Assembly (NCBI RefSeq): GCF_009914755.1
Contig: NC_060929.1
DNA length: 64,000 nucleotides
From: the human T2T-CHM13v2.0 reference genome, Homo sapiens
Strand: one strand, 5' to 3'
Part shown: positions 13,400 through 26,335 of the stretch, piece by piece
Layout of the letters: each line of letters begins with the position of its first letter
How positions within the stretch are numbered: the stretch's first letter is position 1
Made by a program: the position numbers and the translations under genes
Notes under the pieces: model-generated
Told to the model about the DNA's origin: nothing
Seen by the model: only the letters and a program-made list of their open reading frames with translations
Database searches by the model: none

Positions 13400-13830
13400 C
13401 AGTGAAACAGCAATTCTCCAAGTCATTCTAGTTCCCACCTTTGATTTCTCCATCTCTTGACTCCTGTCACCAAACCCTGTCAATTCTACCATCAAAGTAT
13501 GTCTAGAGGCTAGGCCTAACTTCTTGCACACCTGGATTTTGGAAATGTCTGGTACCCCACTGAACCCAGACCCATCTCCTATTCATCCTGCTTTTTAGCC
13601 CAGAGTCCATATCACTGCCCTGGTGTAAGATCCTCCTATGACTTTTCCTGATCTACTCCAGGGTAGGCTAAAAATGCATACTGTGAGTTTAGCCACAGTC
13701 TTGCTTTCAGGTCTCATCTCTAAATCTTTGCCTTCCAGATTCCTGTTTCATAACCTGTTCTCCCAGTGTTTGGAACCTCCAAACTGCATGTATCCCTTTT
13801 ACCTACAATATCCTTTCTTTATTTTGCACA
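13400..13830 (+). mobile_element. L2 fragment (degraded)
   Basis: gtcaccaaaccctgtcaattctacc...cacctggatt resembles the L2 3' region. Confidence 0.5.
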
Positions 13831-14019
13831 CATTCTTCTGCTTATTAGAGATTAATGTGAATTTTAATTTTCATGAAATTTTCTATATTCACTGCATTCT
13901 GTTCTGAACTTGCTAATAGTCATGATTTTATTTGTTTGCAATCTAATCCTATAACATGCATTATTTTAAATAATTTAAAATTATTTCATGTAGGAGTATG
14001 TTACACTGAAACTATAAAA

Positions 14020-14225
14020 CCATTGAGGATTACTGGTTTTGGAGTCAGATATGTGTTCAGTGACATTGAATAGCTCTGTAACTTGTGTTAAGTTTCTTGA
14101 CCACTCTGAATCTCTCATGTCCACGTCTGTAAAATGGAGATAACTAAATGAGGCATTTAAAGACTGAAGGAGATTACAAATCTTTTAGCACAGTGCCTGG
14201 CACATTGTACTTAGTTAATCTTAGC
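14020..14225 (+). mobile_element. MIR
   Basis: tttggagtcagat...tctgtaaaatggagataa...ttagcacagtgcctggcaca. Confidence 0.75.
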
Positions 14226-14282
14226 TGTCTTCCCTCTGTCACCACTAAGACTTGCACAGCAATTTTAAGTAATTAAATACGG

Positions 14283-14737
14283 GTATCAGGCAGGGTCCAG
14301 GCAATGAAAAGATGGCGTACATGTCTTAGATAATTTGAGAAGAACTTAATAGAGGGTTTGTTGTAAAAAGGATGAGCAGGAATTGGGAAAATTTAAGGGA
14401 TGTTGCAGTACCAGGAGCTAGAAGTGACAGGGAGCCATTACCACCTCTAGGCCTAAAGGGGTGAGAGAGGGAACAGTTATAGAACCCGGAGACGCGAAGA
14501 CGTGAGACAGGACCTGTGACCTTAGGTAAAAGGACACAGCCAGTCATATCTGCAGGGAGGTACCAGGAGGTATCTCAACCTTATTTTCTGAACTCTTGTT
14601 GTGCTCCCCATTAGCAGAAGCCAGCTTAGACACCAGAGGGAAAGGGAGCCCATGGATGTTGTCCATGCAGGCCAGACTCCGGGGCCCAGCATGGGGTGGA
14701 GAGTAGTTCCAGATGGGCAAATGAAGTACACCTAACA
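14283..14737 (-). mobile_element. LTR33-like ERVL LTR
   Basis: ccattaccacctctaggcctaaagggg and ccagagggaaagggagccc match reverse LTR33 motifs. Confidence 0.7.
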
Positions 14738-16024
14738 TGGTTTATAAGGAACACATGCCAGGCTGCCCCTTACTCTTAGCATTTTGCAAGCCAAAGTCAG
14801 TGTTCAGGTGTTCATGGCCTACATCACTGGGGCCTGAACAGTTCAGGAATTTGAACAGATTCTAAGCTGCTTTTCATGAAAAGCCATGGCCCCCAGCCAT
14901 TGCCCACTGTTGTGTGAGATAACATAGACTGACTCTCCAATCAGGCTCTTAATCCTCATGGGAAAATGTTAGTTCATCGCCTTCCATTTTAGTATCTGAA
15001 GCACATGGCGCTCCTTTGAATCAATAATGCAGGATACCTGTGCTGCAGGTCGTGCAAGTAGTCTCAATTTTAAATTGCTCTGCTCTACAGATCCTGTGAT
15101 AGCTTGGCTCAGAGGAGTGATGTGTGAGAGGAATAGCCCAGGAGACCTCTTACCATTTATCTCCTGGATTCCCAGGGGTCTGCCCTACAGCAGGTGCTAT
15201 CACCGGAATGCAATGCACCTACACCACCCATCTCTGCTCCCCTTGAAACCCCTTACAGAATTACAACTTCACATTATGTCCTTGGCTTTTATTGAGTGTT
15301 GCTAAAAGGAATGACTGTGAGAAAACATCTTTGTGCTTTTTGTAAATCTCCCTTTGAAGTCTCATCCATTATGTTGTGCCCTGTCTCTTATATTAGGCCC
15401 ACATGATAAATTAGCTTAGAATTCAGCACTAAAAAATTTCTCCCTCTCTAGGTGAACCAGTTTACTTCTTTTAATCACATAATGAGAGCTGTGACCTATC
15501 CTGTGTCTTTCCATTCTTGCCTTAGCTGTCCAGACCTGAGTTTCATGCTCAGTTGCAATAGCTTTCTAGATAAAATTAGCCACCACTTCATTGTTAATCT
15601 TATGGTCCCTTTTTACGAGTAGTGTGGTTTTATTTATTATATAAAAAAAAAGTTGCCTCAAAAGATTTCTCACGATGACCCAAAATTTTTGATATTGCAT
15701 TTAAAACAATAAAATTATTTGAAAGAATGACAAAAGACAAAGGAGACTGAAAGCCCAGCTAATCAATAAACTAGATAAACTATAAAAATTGAGAATTACA
15801 TGAACTTAAGATCAATATGCATGCAACCACCAATCATTTTGTTGTTAGCACTAGAGCGTAACTAAATAAGATGTTTGAATTTACTTGAAACTTATATTTC
15901 AAATAAATTATATGTAACCATAGAGCTTTTTAAAGTGTCTTAGAAATTACTTTTTAGTTTTTGGAAGCAATCAAAGCCAATTTACAGATGTGGACATGGA
16001 GATTCAGAGTCGTCAAGAAACTTA

Positions 16025-16409
<385 letters not shown>

Positions 16410-16475
16410 TCAAGTGAAAAAAAGAGCAGGCTGTCTATGTAATGTATGTACAGATCATTTAAAATATGCATTATA

Positions 16476-17130
16476 TGTTGGTGAGGTGCAGAGAAAAGGC
16501 AATGCTTATACACTGTGGGTGGGAACATAAATTAGTTCGGCCACTGTGGAAAGCAGTTTGGCAGTTTCTCTAAGAATTTAAAATAGAACTACCATTTGAC
16601 CCAGCAATTCCATTATTTGGGATGTATCCAAAGGAGTATAAATTGTTCTATTATGAAACACATGCACGCATGTGTTCATTGTAGTGCTATTTATGATAGC
16701 AATGACATGGAATCAACCTAAATGCCCATCAATGGTAGACTGGATAAAGAAAATGTGGTACATATACAATATGGAATACTGCACAGCTGTAAAAATGAAT
16801 GAGATCATGTCCTTTGCAGCAACATGGATGGACCTGGAGGCTGTTATCCTAAGCATACTAACAAAGGAACAGAAAACCAAATACTGCATGTTCTCACTTT
16901 GAAATGGGAGCTAAACACTGAGTACCCGTGGACAAAAAGAAGGGAACTTAAGACACCAGAACCTACTTGAGGTTGGGAGGAGGGTGAGGACAAAAAAATG
17001 ACATAGGGGGTGCTATGCTTATTACCTGGGTTATGGAAGAATCTGTACACTAAACTCTCATAACACACAATTTACCTGTAAAAGAAACCACATGTACCCC
17101 AGAACCTAAAATAAAAGTTAAAAAAGCAAA
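16476..17130 (+). mobile_element. 5'-truncated older primate L1 (ORF2 C-terminus and 3'UTR)
   Basis: Translation WNQPKCPSMVDWIKKMWYIY...MSFAATWMDLE is the L1 ORF2 tail; degenerate TSD taaaatatgcattata (16460) / taaaatgtgcatcata (17131). Confidence 0.93.
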
Positions 17131-17197
17131 TAAAATGTGCATCATACACAGATACATAGACATACATACATGTGTCTGGGTAAAAGACCATGCAGGA

Positions 17198-17200
<3 letters not shown>

Positions 17201-17236
<36 letters not shown>
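17201..17236 (+). repeat. (TG)18 microsatellite
   Basis: Direct reading. Confidence 0.98.
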
Positions 17237-17241
<5 letters not shown>

Positions 17242-17769
17242 ATACTGTAGCCTAGTGGGATAGAAGGAAAGAGCATTCATGAGCTTTTGAATGTTAACAT
17301 TGTCTCTACCTCTTACTGCCTGATGTTGGCTAGGCTATTTAATTCCTCACCAATAAAACACTAGCACTTAATTTTAGCAGAGTTGCTGAGTATGAATTCA
17401 AATGAGGTATGGAAAGCTTAAAAATATGTATTGTAGTTAACGTTGAGAACGTATTTTCTTTTTCTTCATCATTATCATCTAAAATAACATGAAAATGTAC
17501 TAAAATGTTAATATTCATTATATCTTAGTGGGATATAAATTTTTCTTTGAACCATCCAACAGTAAGCATGTTTTACTTTATAATTAGTTAAATAAGTGGG
17601 TTTTGGGTGCCTGTTTTTAACTTTGCTTTCCTTCATTGTCTAAGAAAAGCCTTTATGTAGTATTTAGCACCATCAATGAAAGGTCCTTCAAGGCTCTTTT
17701 CTATTTTGTGCCGTCTTTTGGAATTAAGCAAGATAAATCAACTTTAATTTGGTGCATGTCTCTAACCCT

Positions 17770-17908
17770 TAGGACGTGGTTCACCTGTAGCTGGCTGCCC
17801 TATTGAACCACCTGGAAAGCTTCCTAAAGCCTATAGTCTAGATACAATCACAGCAATTCAATTAGCATCTCTCAGTGGTGTGCAGCCAGAGTTGAAACCC
17901 ACTGCTCT
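17770..17908. mobile_element. MER5-like hAT MITE (degraded)
   Basis: gtggttc...accacctggaaagctt...gcagccagagttgaaacccactgct. Confidence 0.55.
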
Positions 17909-18044
17909 TAGGGGACTAGGGGTCCAGGTAACTCCCAGATCATCAAACCTACAACTTCTCAATATCCAAATGTAAGGTTTGACAGCCTTTAAAATGTATG
18001 TCAGTGCTTTGGTCTCCTTTCTATCAAGTCTCAAGTGAGACTTG

Positions 18045-18048
<4 letters not shown>

Positions 18049-18087
<39 letters not shown>
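18049..18087 (+). repeat. (TA)n followed by poly-T
   Basis: Direct reading. Confidence 0.95.
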
Positions 18088-18089
<2 letters not shown>

Positions 18090-18544
18090 TGTGGAGGTGT
18101 TTGGAAGGTGGATATACTCACCATATTTGTTTGTTGAGCTTCCAAATAACAACAATGATAGTAACATGAGAGCTCAAACCATTAACCAATCTGCCTTGGG
18201 GGGCAATTATCATAGTGGGGTAGCTGGAGGCAGCTCTAGACCATTACCTCTAAGGGACCCATGGCACTGGTAGTGTCCAGGTGCAGTTTTATGTTTTTAA
18301 AATTGCTGGACATGCTCCATGGTTTCCATTAGAAAACCACCTCCAGGGCATGATGAGACAGTTGCTTTGTCCCTTAAAATGTTTTCCTAATGCTAGAGAC
18401 AATAATGCCTGTGATTTGGAAACCTTTATCTTAGATACTCTTCAATAATGTACATGTTTGAGCTCTCAAAACATTGGCTATTTTATTTAGATTGTGAATG
18501 TATGTGCTTTTTTGATGAGGCAGTCAAGGACAGAATCCCATTCT

Positions 18545-19540
18545 TTGCTTTTCTTTCAATAAATGTTTAATGATAATAATAGCATATATTGAACTGTTTG
18601 TGTCAGAGAACTGTGTGCTGTGTCTTAAACTTACCCTATTGTACTTTTATCTTAGACTCTAGCAGTACAAAAATGAGTGGAATATGACACTGACCTGTGA
18701 AGGGTTTCTGTTATGGTAGGTGAGACAGACAACAGTTTCTGAAATAGCAAATGCTACAACTATCATCAGTCAAGATACAGGGGCCTTGAGCATGGTGCCC
18801 TGCTCTGCGGAAGGAAGCCGGGAAGCCTTCATGGAGGTGGAGATATTTCTGCCGGATGGTGAAGGATGAACAGGTACTGATTAGGCAAGATGAGGATTCT
18901 AGGCGGAGGAAGCAACAGTGTGTGCAAGGTGTGGTGGCTGAACAGGGTGCATCTTTTTCAAGGAATTGCAAATAGTGCATGTGGGAAGCAGGAAGTGTTT
19001 AGCAGAGTCTCAAGAATGATGCTGTCTGTGTTCAGGGATTTGGGCCTCATAGTCTAGCAATAGGAAGCCATTGAAAGACTGTAATCAGGGCATAGAAATA
19101 TTTTATCAACTGTGAACTATTCTGTCAACTATTAATGAAGAATGCTTAGGAAGAGGCCAAGAAAAGAAGTAAGATAAACAGCTAGGAATTTAGAAATGAG
19201 GAGGTGGTAGATGATGCTGCTGGACCGAGGTGGTGACAGTGAAATGGAGAAAGGCAACTGAAGGTAGAATTAACAGGACATGGTGACCTGTTGATGGTTG
19301 GCAAAAGAGAGATGGAAGAAGCTTGAGGTGACCTTATGGTTTCAGGAGTTAGGGATTAGAAACAAGAGCAAGAGATAAATGTGACTTGGATGCTGAGAAG
19401 AGAATTAGTTCGTTCTGTGAATCTTGAGTTTGAAGTACCTGTGGAAGCCATCTAGGTGCAGATGTTCAGTAAGCAGTTGGATATGTAGTTTTAAACTTCT
19501 AAAGAGAGCTCAAGCCTGGAGAGAGACTGTAAAGTTACCA
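18545..19540 (-). mobile_element. L2 fragments
   Basis: aggaagcaacagtgtgtgcaaagg, aggaagccattgaaagac, ttgagtttgaagtacctgtgg...gcagttggatatg. Confidence 0.65.
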
Positions 19541-20667
19541 ACTATAATAATTAATTGAACTAGACTGTGAATAAAGAGAAAATGCAATTTCTCCCAGACT
19601 CATAGATTTCTGTTAGAATGGTTTTCCAGAATTGTACCATAATGTGTATTTTAACACTTATTTTGCAGGAATGGTTAAAATTACATGGTGCACAAAGTAG
19701 TTCTGTGGTTTAGTATCAGGCCTTGAAAATAATATGTCCAGCTTTGAAGATGTGTAGGTTTTTTTTTTCCCCAAATTGCTTCCAACTTTGACAACTTGCC
19801 TACAAGTCTCATTCCAATACAGTTTTTGAAAGGCAGAATGAAACATCTCAAACTAGAGGCTGTAATGGAAAAAGCAATTTATTTTTAAATGAAGATGATG
19901 AGGTTGGTGTACTGTATTACTTGAACAGTGAGTGAATTTAAAAGAGTGAGATTACATCAAATTCAGCCAAGATTTTTGTTCCATTTGAATGGAGTATCTG
20001 TAATTGAAGATGGGTGTTCAACTAAGAAAAACACATGACATGTACATTTTTATCAGTTTTCTTGCACTCTGTTTCCAGTTTCTTTGTGCATGTGTGTGTG
20101 TGTGTGTTCACAAAGCCATTGCATCATATTGACAATTTTTTTTTTTAAACTGACGCGTTCTTGGGCAACAAATGAGAATACAAGCTTAATTTTACTAGCT
20201 TCACTTTTTTTTTGAGCTTTGGCCTAGTAGTTTAGTATGTTGAGAATATGCACTCCTCAGGAAAGTGGTAGGAAGTCAGACGTAGAATCTGTAACAACTA
20301 GCTCAAAATGATGAGAGAAAACATTAAATATTTTCTAATTGGAAATTTTAAAATGAAAATTTTTTAGCTTTGTGCTAAAATTTAGAAGCTAGGTCTAGAA
20401 ATATTTCATTTTATATTTTTATCTTAACATTTTTCATGATGAGATAGTGATTGTTTTATCTTTTTTAATTACCTGTTTTCTCAATTTTAGCATCGTTGTG
20501 AATGAAGGTAAAGATTGAATTATATTGATTCAAGATTGATTTGACTCTATTTTTTCTTTAAAACTATATTCCAAATATAGATTGTTAAGCTCACAGATTC
20601 ATTTTCCATTTCTGTTTAGCAATCAAGCTAAGAGACAATATGGTTACTATGAATCAAACTTGGGTAG

Positions 20668-21095
20668 TGTGATAGATTCAATCCTTAAATTTTTTACTTC
20701 CTGTAATAGACATGTACATTCATTCCCTTGCTTGGCCTCATGATAGGCAGAGCCTGCCCTCCACCTCTTGACTCTGGGCTCAGCCATGTGACTGTTCATT
20801 GGCCAATGAGCTATTAGTGGATGTATCATGAGCAGAGGCTTAAAATATGCTTCTGCAGGTTCAAAGTCTTGTGCTTTGGTCATCTATCTTGAGAAGAATA
20901 TACCCAGGGTAGCTACTGCCTGTTTACTCTGGGTCCCAGAACAAACCTCTGTGGAGCTGACCTACGTGAACCTGTAGCCTGGAGTCAAGACCAACAGACC
21001 CACATTCTCCCTCTAGACCTACAAATGTGAGAATAAGCCACTAAGTTTCGTAATGAGTTGTTACCCAGCTTTATGATGACAAAGATGACTAATAT
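20668..21095 (+). mobile_element. MLT1H/I-like MaLR LTR
   Basis: gggctcagccatgtgact...ggccaatgag; 3' end ataagccactaagttt...ttgttacccagc...gactaata. Confidence 0.7.
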
Positions 21096-21574
21096 GGGGG
21101 ACAAGCATATGTTGTGGTTAAGAGCACTGAAGCACACTACTGGAAGCACTGAAGTCTATTAAATTTCTGTTTGAATGTTGGCCCACCACTTATTGGCTTT
21201 ATTTTCTTGGGCATGCTGTTTTCTTCTAAGCTTTATTTTGCCATCAATAAGATATATTACTTACCTCCCAGGAATGTGGTAAAACTAAATAAGATGTGTG
21301 CATGTAAATTACTTAAAGCAGTGTGAAGCAGAAAGTAAAAACACCACAAGTTCCTAATAAGTTGTGGCTGCTGTTACTGTTGTATTTGTAGACAGCTGAG
21401 CCTCCTCTTCTCCTTCCCTTGCATCATATGGCTTTCCCAAATTCTACATTTGTGACTCTGGAGCAGGTTAAAACTTTTCTGAGGCTTAGATTCATTTTCT
21501 GTAATATGAAGATACTAAAAATTACCTGACAGGATTATTACAATGACTCTACCAATGGTAGGCAAATATCTAAC

Positions 21575-21944
21575 TGTCTTAGTCAGTTCTGGCTGCTCTA
21601 ACAAAATGGCATAGACTGTGTGGTGTGAACAGCAGACATTTGTTGCCCACAGTTCTGGAGACTCAGAAGTCTAAAATCAAGGTGCCAGCAGATTTGGTTT
21701 CTGGGGAGGGCTCTCTTCCTGGTTTGCAGACAGTTGCCTTCTTGCTATATGGTGAGAAGAAATCTCATGTCTTTTCTGTTTTTAATAAGGGCATTAATCC
21801 CATCATGAGGGCCCCACCTTCATAACCGAATTTAATCCTAATTACCTCCCAAAGGCCCCATCTCTAAATGTTAATACCATCACTTTGTGGATTAGGGCAT
21901 CAACATATGAACTTTGGGGAGGGGGATACACACATTCATACCAC
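21575..21944 (-). mobile_element. MLT1A-like MaLR LTR
   Basis: tgtcttagtcagtt...aagtctaaaatcaaggtgccagcagatttggtttctggggagggc. Confidence 0.85.
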
Positions 21945-24308
21945 AGGGCTAGCTCTGGCGAGGCAAATGGGTACTTAATAAAAATAGCTTTATTATGTTC
22001 ACAATTCATATATTCCTGCATTCTCTTATTTACTCATTTCTTTAAGCTGAGTTTTCCATGCCTAGTTTTTGAGTTTGTATTATGAGCCATACGTAAGGCC
22101 TTGTACTTTTGACTTAATTCTTGGTTTCTAGCAATCCCTGTTTACATTACAATGAAATAAGAAAGACTGTGGAAGGCAGGAATTGAAGGAACAAAAGTGC
22201 TGCAATTAGGAAGGCATGATATATTAATAAGGTCATTCAAATAGTACTTGTGTGTTTATTGTACAATCCTTTTGCTTCTGTGGGCTTTAAAACAGTAACT
22301 GTTTGGAATAAGGGGATTTATAAATGGCAAGGAGTTGCTAATGTGGAACCAGTAAAGGCTTTTGATTGCAGAATTACAAAATGCAAATTAGTAGAGATTC
22401 AGCATTAGAGGGCATGGTGAATAGGGTAGGGTGTGGAATCACAGGGGACCTCATGTATAGCATGTCTCTATTAATCAATGTAGCAGAGAAGGCATCTAAA
22501 ATGCTTTTGTTTTAAATGGACAAAATTTGCCAAACACCTTTTTACCTTTCTGCCTGGAAAAATGTTTTGATATGTTGGCTTTCCACCTCCTGATTTTTGT
22601 GTGTGGCTCCTTCCCCTACCCCCTCCCGCCCCGCCAAATGTTGTTGTACACTGCCTTGTCTGTTTCATTTCCACGTGTGGGTTCACTGACCACATTAGCT
22701 GGTAGCTCCTGGTATTGTATGCTTCCTATCCAGAATTTGTTCCATAGAAAACCTGTGTCTTCAACATACTTGCTTTGAAATTATTTTGATCTGTATCAGC
22801 AGGAATAGGTTTTGAGATCCTGGATATTAACTTCTGGGTGCCACTCTCTCTAGAAGCTAGTTGACTGATTTGTGGTGGAGGCGAGATGAGAGTCTATACA
22901 TTTGACCTATTTCACAGAGCTTACCTTGCAAGCTATTGAAATGCAAATACAGACTAGCTTAGAGATTCTAAGAATTCACACATTCAGTTCTTTGTTTTTT
23001 TCTGAAAAATAAGCATTCAAATTTCATGCACATTCTATTATTCATGTGCCTTATATTTAGGTTCCGCTTGTATGTCTAGATAAATCTTATCACCATTATT
23101 TAAAATTTCATGAATGAAACTTTGCATCTTTAATACTAACACTAGCCTAGACCAATCAAAATAATTTGAAATGCAGCCCTTAAATGAACTCCTCCGTGTG
23201 TCTGTATATATACATTTACATATACACCTTTGCCAATGCCTTATCTACCACTGTCTTTTAAATCTACTCCATGTAAAATGGGGAACGATTCAAAACCTCT
23301 TTTATATTGTTGTGCCTCAGAAAAAAATGGAATCTTTGGAATGTGCTGCTTAAAAGGCTTCTATGAGATAGCACATTAATGTCAAAGCACATTTTCTTTG
23401 TTTGATAGTTGTCACGTTAGTGGTCCTGAAACAGAATACTCTTTTCCGTGCTGTCCATTCATTTGTATTTTTAAGTCATCCACCACTTTTCATTTGTCAA
23501 GCACTTGAAAAAGAATATTGTGTGTCAGCAAGATAGTTCCTCTGTCATTTGATCTACAAGTTAGCCTTCCTGAACAGTTAATGCCTTCAGAATCCTTTTT
23601 TTCTCTGAGCTATGGTCGCTTAACAGAGAGGAGAATGATTTTCTTAGCCAGATCCAAGACTCCCCCAACTGAGTCTACTGCCTAATGCCTATTGGTGCTA
23701 GCACTAACATTTTCTGATACAGTCTTCAATATGTGATGAGGCTGAGTATCCGGCATTAAGTTTGGAAGAAGGAACATAGACTTAAGTGAAGTTCTTTGTT
23801 AAGCCTTATGTCCCCATAGAGTGTTGATGATGGTTTGAATTGAGTCACTTTCTGTCACTTTCTGGGAGCCATATCAAAAAAGACTTTACCAGTTCTCTTT
23901 GCTGCCTTTGAAGTTCTGTAATTTCTAGGTAGGGTCAATTTTCTGGGAAAAATAACAAATATTCATGGGAATTTTGATACACAGCCAGGGTATATTAGCG
24001 GCTCATACTTGGAGCACAAAGCGGTTGCACAAAGTAATGGAATTGGACCCTCTTTCGTAGTTTCATGAATTATCTCAGGTTTTAGCTCCCCTCACCCCCA
24101 GGCTTTCAGATTTGCTCAGATGGATGTGCTGGCGGGGATAGTGGTGGTGGTGCCCAGTGGCTGCATCATTTCCTGCCTCCTCATGCAAGGAGGGTGTCTT
24201 TCATTATAATAGCCCTTCCCGTCATTGTCAGACACTTTCCTTAGGTTGTTCTAAACTGAAAGCTGGTGTAAAGTCTGGCATTCATCTTTAACAGCTGGTC
24301 CCAGTCAG

Positions 24309-24310
<2 letters not shown>

Positions 24311-24356
<46 letters not shown>
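24311..24356 (+). repeat. (TG)23 microsatellite
   Basis: Direct reading. Confidence 0.98.
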
Positions 24357-24358
<2 letters not shown>

Positions 24359-24679
24359 GGGGCGGGGGGATTATGGGTTGTTGGTTTCTGCTATCCACAA
24401 TTCCCCTTACCTCCTGGGTTTTCTCAGTTATGGACTCCTATGACCTTTTCAGCTTTGAAATGCAGGCACACATTTATGTTCTTTTCATCAGTATTAATGG
24501 AACCACTTTGGACATAGTATAAGAATGTTGATTTCTTGGAGCATCTTTGGATTTTATCTGTATGCTGAAAACAGTAATCAGCTACATTCTTCCTACTACT
24601 GTTGTCTCTTGGTATTAACTTGTGATCTACGGGAAGTGTTTTAGCTCTATGGGGTCATCATTGGACCAGTCTTATGGGA

Positions 24680-25225
24680 ACATTCATTCACTCACCCAAC
24701 GGATATTTGTTGTGCATTTTTGCTTTGTGCCAGGCTGGTTAAACAAGGACAAATAAGACCCAATTCTGGTTGTCTTCCGGGAGCTTATGGCCAGAAGTGG
24801 AGATGGCAGACTGGTAACTAGACAATGCAGAGTGAGTACTATGATGGTTAGCCTGACATGACACATAGTAGATGCTCAAGAAAGGGATAAGTAGATGAGT
24901 ATAAAGAGTGCTGTAAGAGTACTTAAGAGGATGCTCATCCAGCTATGGAGTTATCAGAAGCCTGGCATCAGTGGTTGAGTTTGGCGGTGATTATTGTTCC
25001 ATTCACCTTACATTTTGGGTCCTATTGAGAAATTCAAAGGGAAAGATCCAATAGATAAGAAGGATACATATGAGCTTGGAGAGAGAAGGATGCAAATGGC
25101 CTAGAGATAACAATCTAGGTGTCATTATCTTATGGGTGCTAAATGAAGCCATGGGAGTGGAGGAGATTAGCCAGGGAAAGCCTGAGGCACAAGAAGAAAG
25201 GAGGACCTGGAAAATAACACTGACC
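24680..25225 (-). mobile_element. L2 fragments
   Basis: cattcattcactcacccaac...tgtgccagg reverse L2 3' end; aagccatgggagtggaggagat. Confidence 0.6.
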
Positions 25226-25241
25226 CATTAAGGTCACTAAT

Positions 25242-25246
<5 letters not shown>

Positions 25247-25299
<53 letters not shown>

Positions 25300-25947
25300 T
25301 TGAAGTTCTAGGTTACATGTGCACAACGTGCAGGTTTGTTACATATGTATACATGTGCCGTGTTGGTTTGCTGCACCCATTAACTCGTCATTTACATTAG
25401 GCATTTCTCCTAATGCTATCCCTCACCCATCCCTCCACCCCACAACAGGCCCCGGTGTGTGATGTTCCCCGCCCTGTGTCCAAGTGTTCTCATTGTTCAA
25501 TTCCCACCTATGAGTAAGAACATGCAGTGTTGGGTTTTCTGTCCTTGCGATAGTTTGCTCAGAATGATGGTTTCCAGCTTCATGTCGCTACAAAGGACAT
25601 GAACTCATCCTTTTTTATGGCTGCATAGTATTCCATGGTGTATATGTGTCACATTTTCTTAATCCAGTCTATCATTGATGGACATTTGGGTTGGTTCCAA
25701 GTCTTTGCTATTGTGAATAGTGCCACAATAAACATACGTGTGCATGTGTCTTTATAGTAGCATGATTTATAATCCTTTGGGTATATACCCAGTAATGGAT
25801 GGCTGGGTCAAATTGTATTTCTAGTTCTCGATCCTTGAGGGATCGCCACACTGTCTTTCACAATGGTTGAACTAGTTTACATTGCTACCAACCGTGTAAA
25901 AGCGTTCCTATTTCTCCACATCCTCTCCAGCACCTGTTGTTTCCTGA
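25247..25947 (-). mobile_element. 5'-truncated L1PA (about PA5-PA7) with 18-bp TSD
   Basis: TSD taaggtcactaatcttta at 25229-25246 and 25948-25965; reverse L1PA 3'UTR tacatgtgcacaacgtgcaggtttgttac. Confidence 0.96.
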
Positions 25948-26099
25948 TAAGGTCACTAATCTTTAGGAACACTTTAAGATTAGTGGACCAAATGAATAAA
26001 TAAATAGACATTTATTTATTGGGCAGTATATATTTGGCCCTCTTCTGTGCTGGGACTTCAAGGATGCTTTTGAAAATAGTATCCTATGAAAGAATTATA

Positions 26100-26335
26100 A
26101 ACATAACATTTATTGAACTTCTAAGTGCCAGGTGCCATTCTGAGTGCTTTACATGTATCAGTTCATTTCATTTCTATCACATACCCTTGGAGGAGGTGCT
26201 GCTGTCCTCAGTTTTTAGAGAAGAAAACTGGAGAGTTACCTGACCTTTAGTGAATTCATAGAATTAATAAGTGACAGAGTCTAGCTTCAAACTTAGATAC
26301 CTGGATTGAAATCCAGAGAGTTTGGCCGCATTCTT
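26100..26335 (-). mobile_element. MIR
   Basis: aacatttattgaac...gtgccaggtgccattctgagtgctttacatgtat. Confidence 0.65.

Noticed and set aside
16672-16902. ORF similar to the L1 ORF2 C-terminus (also 60040-60270)
   Set aside because: Remnants of 5'-truncated dead L1 copies
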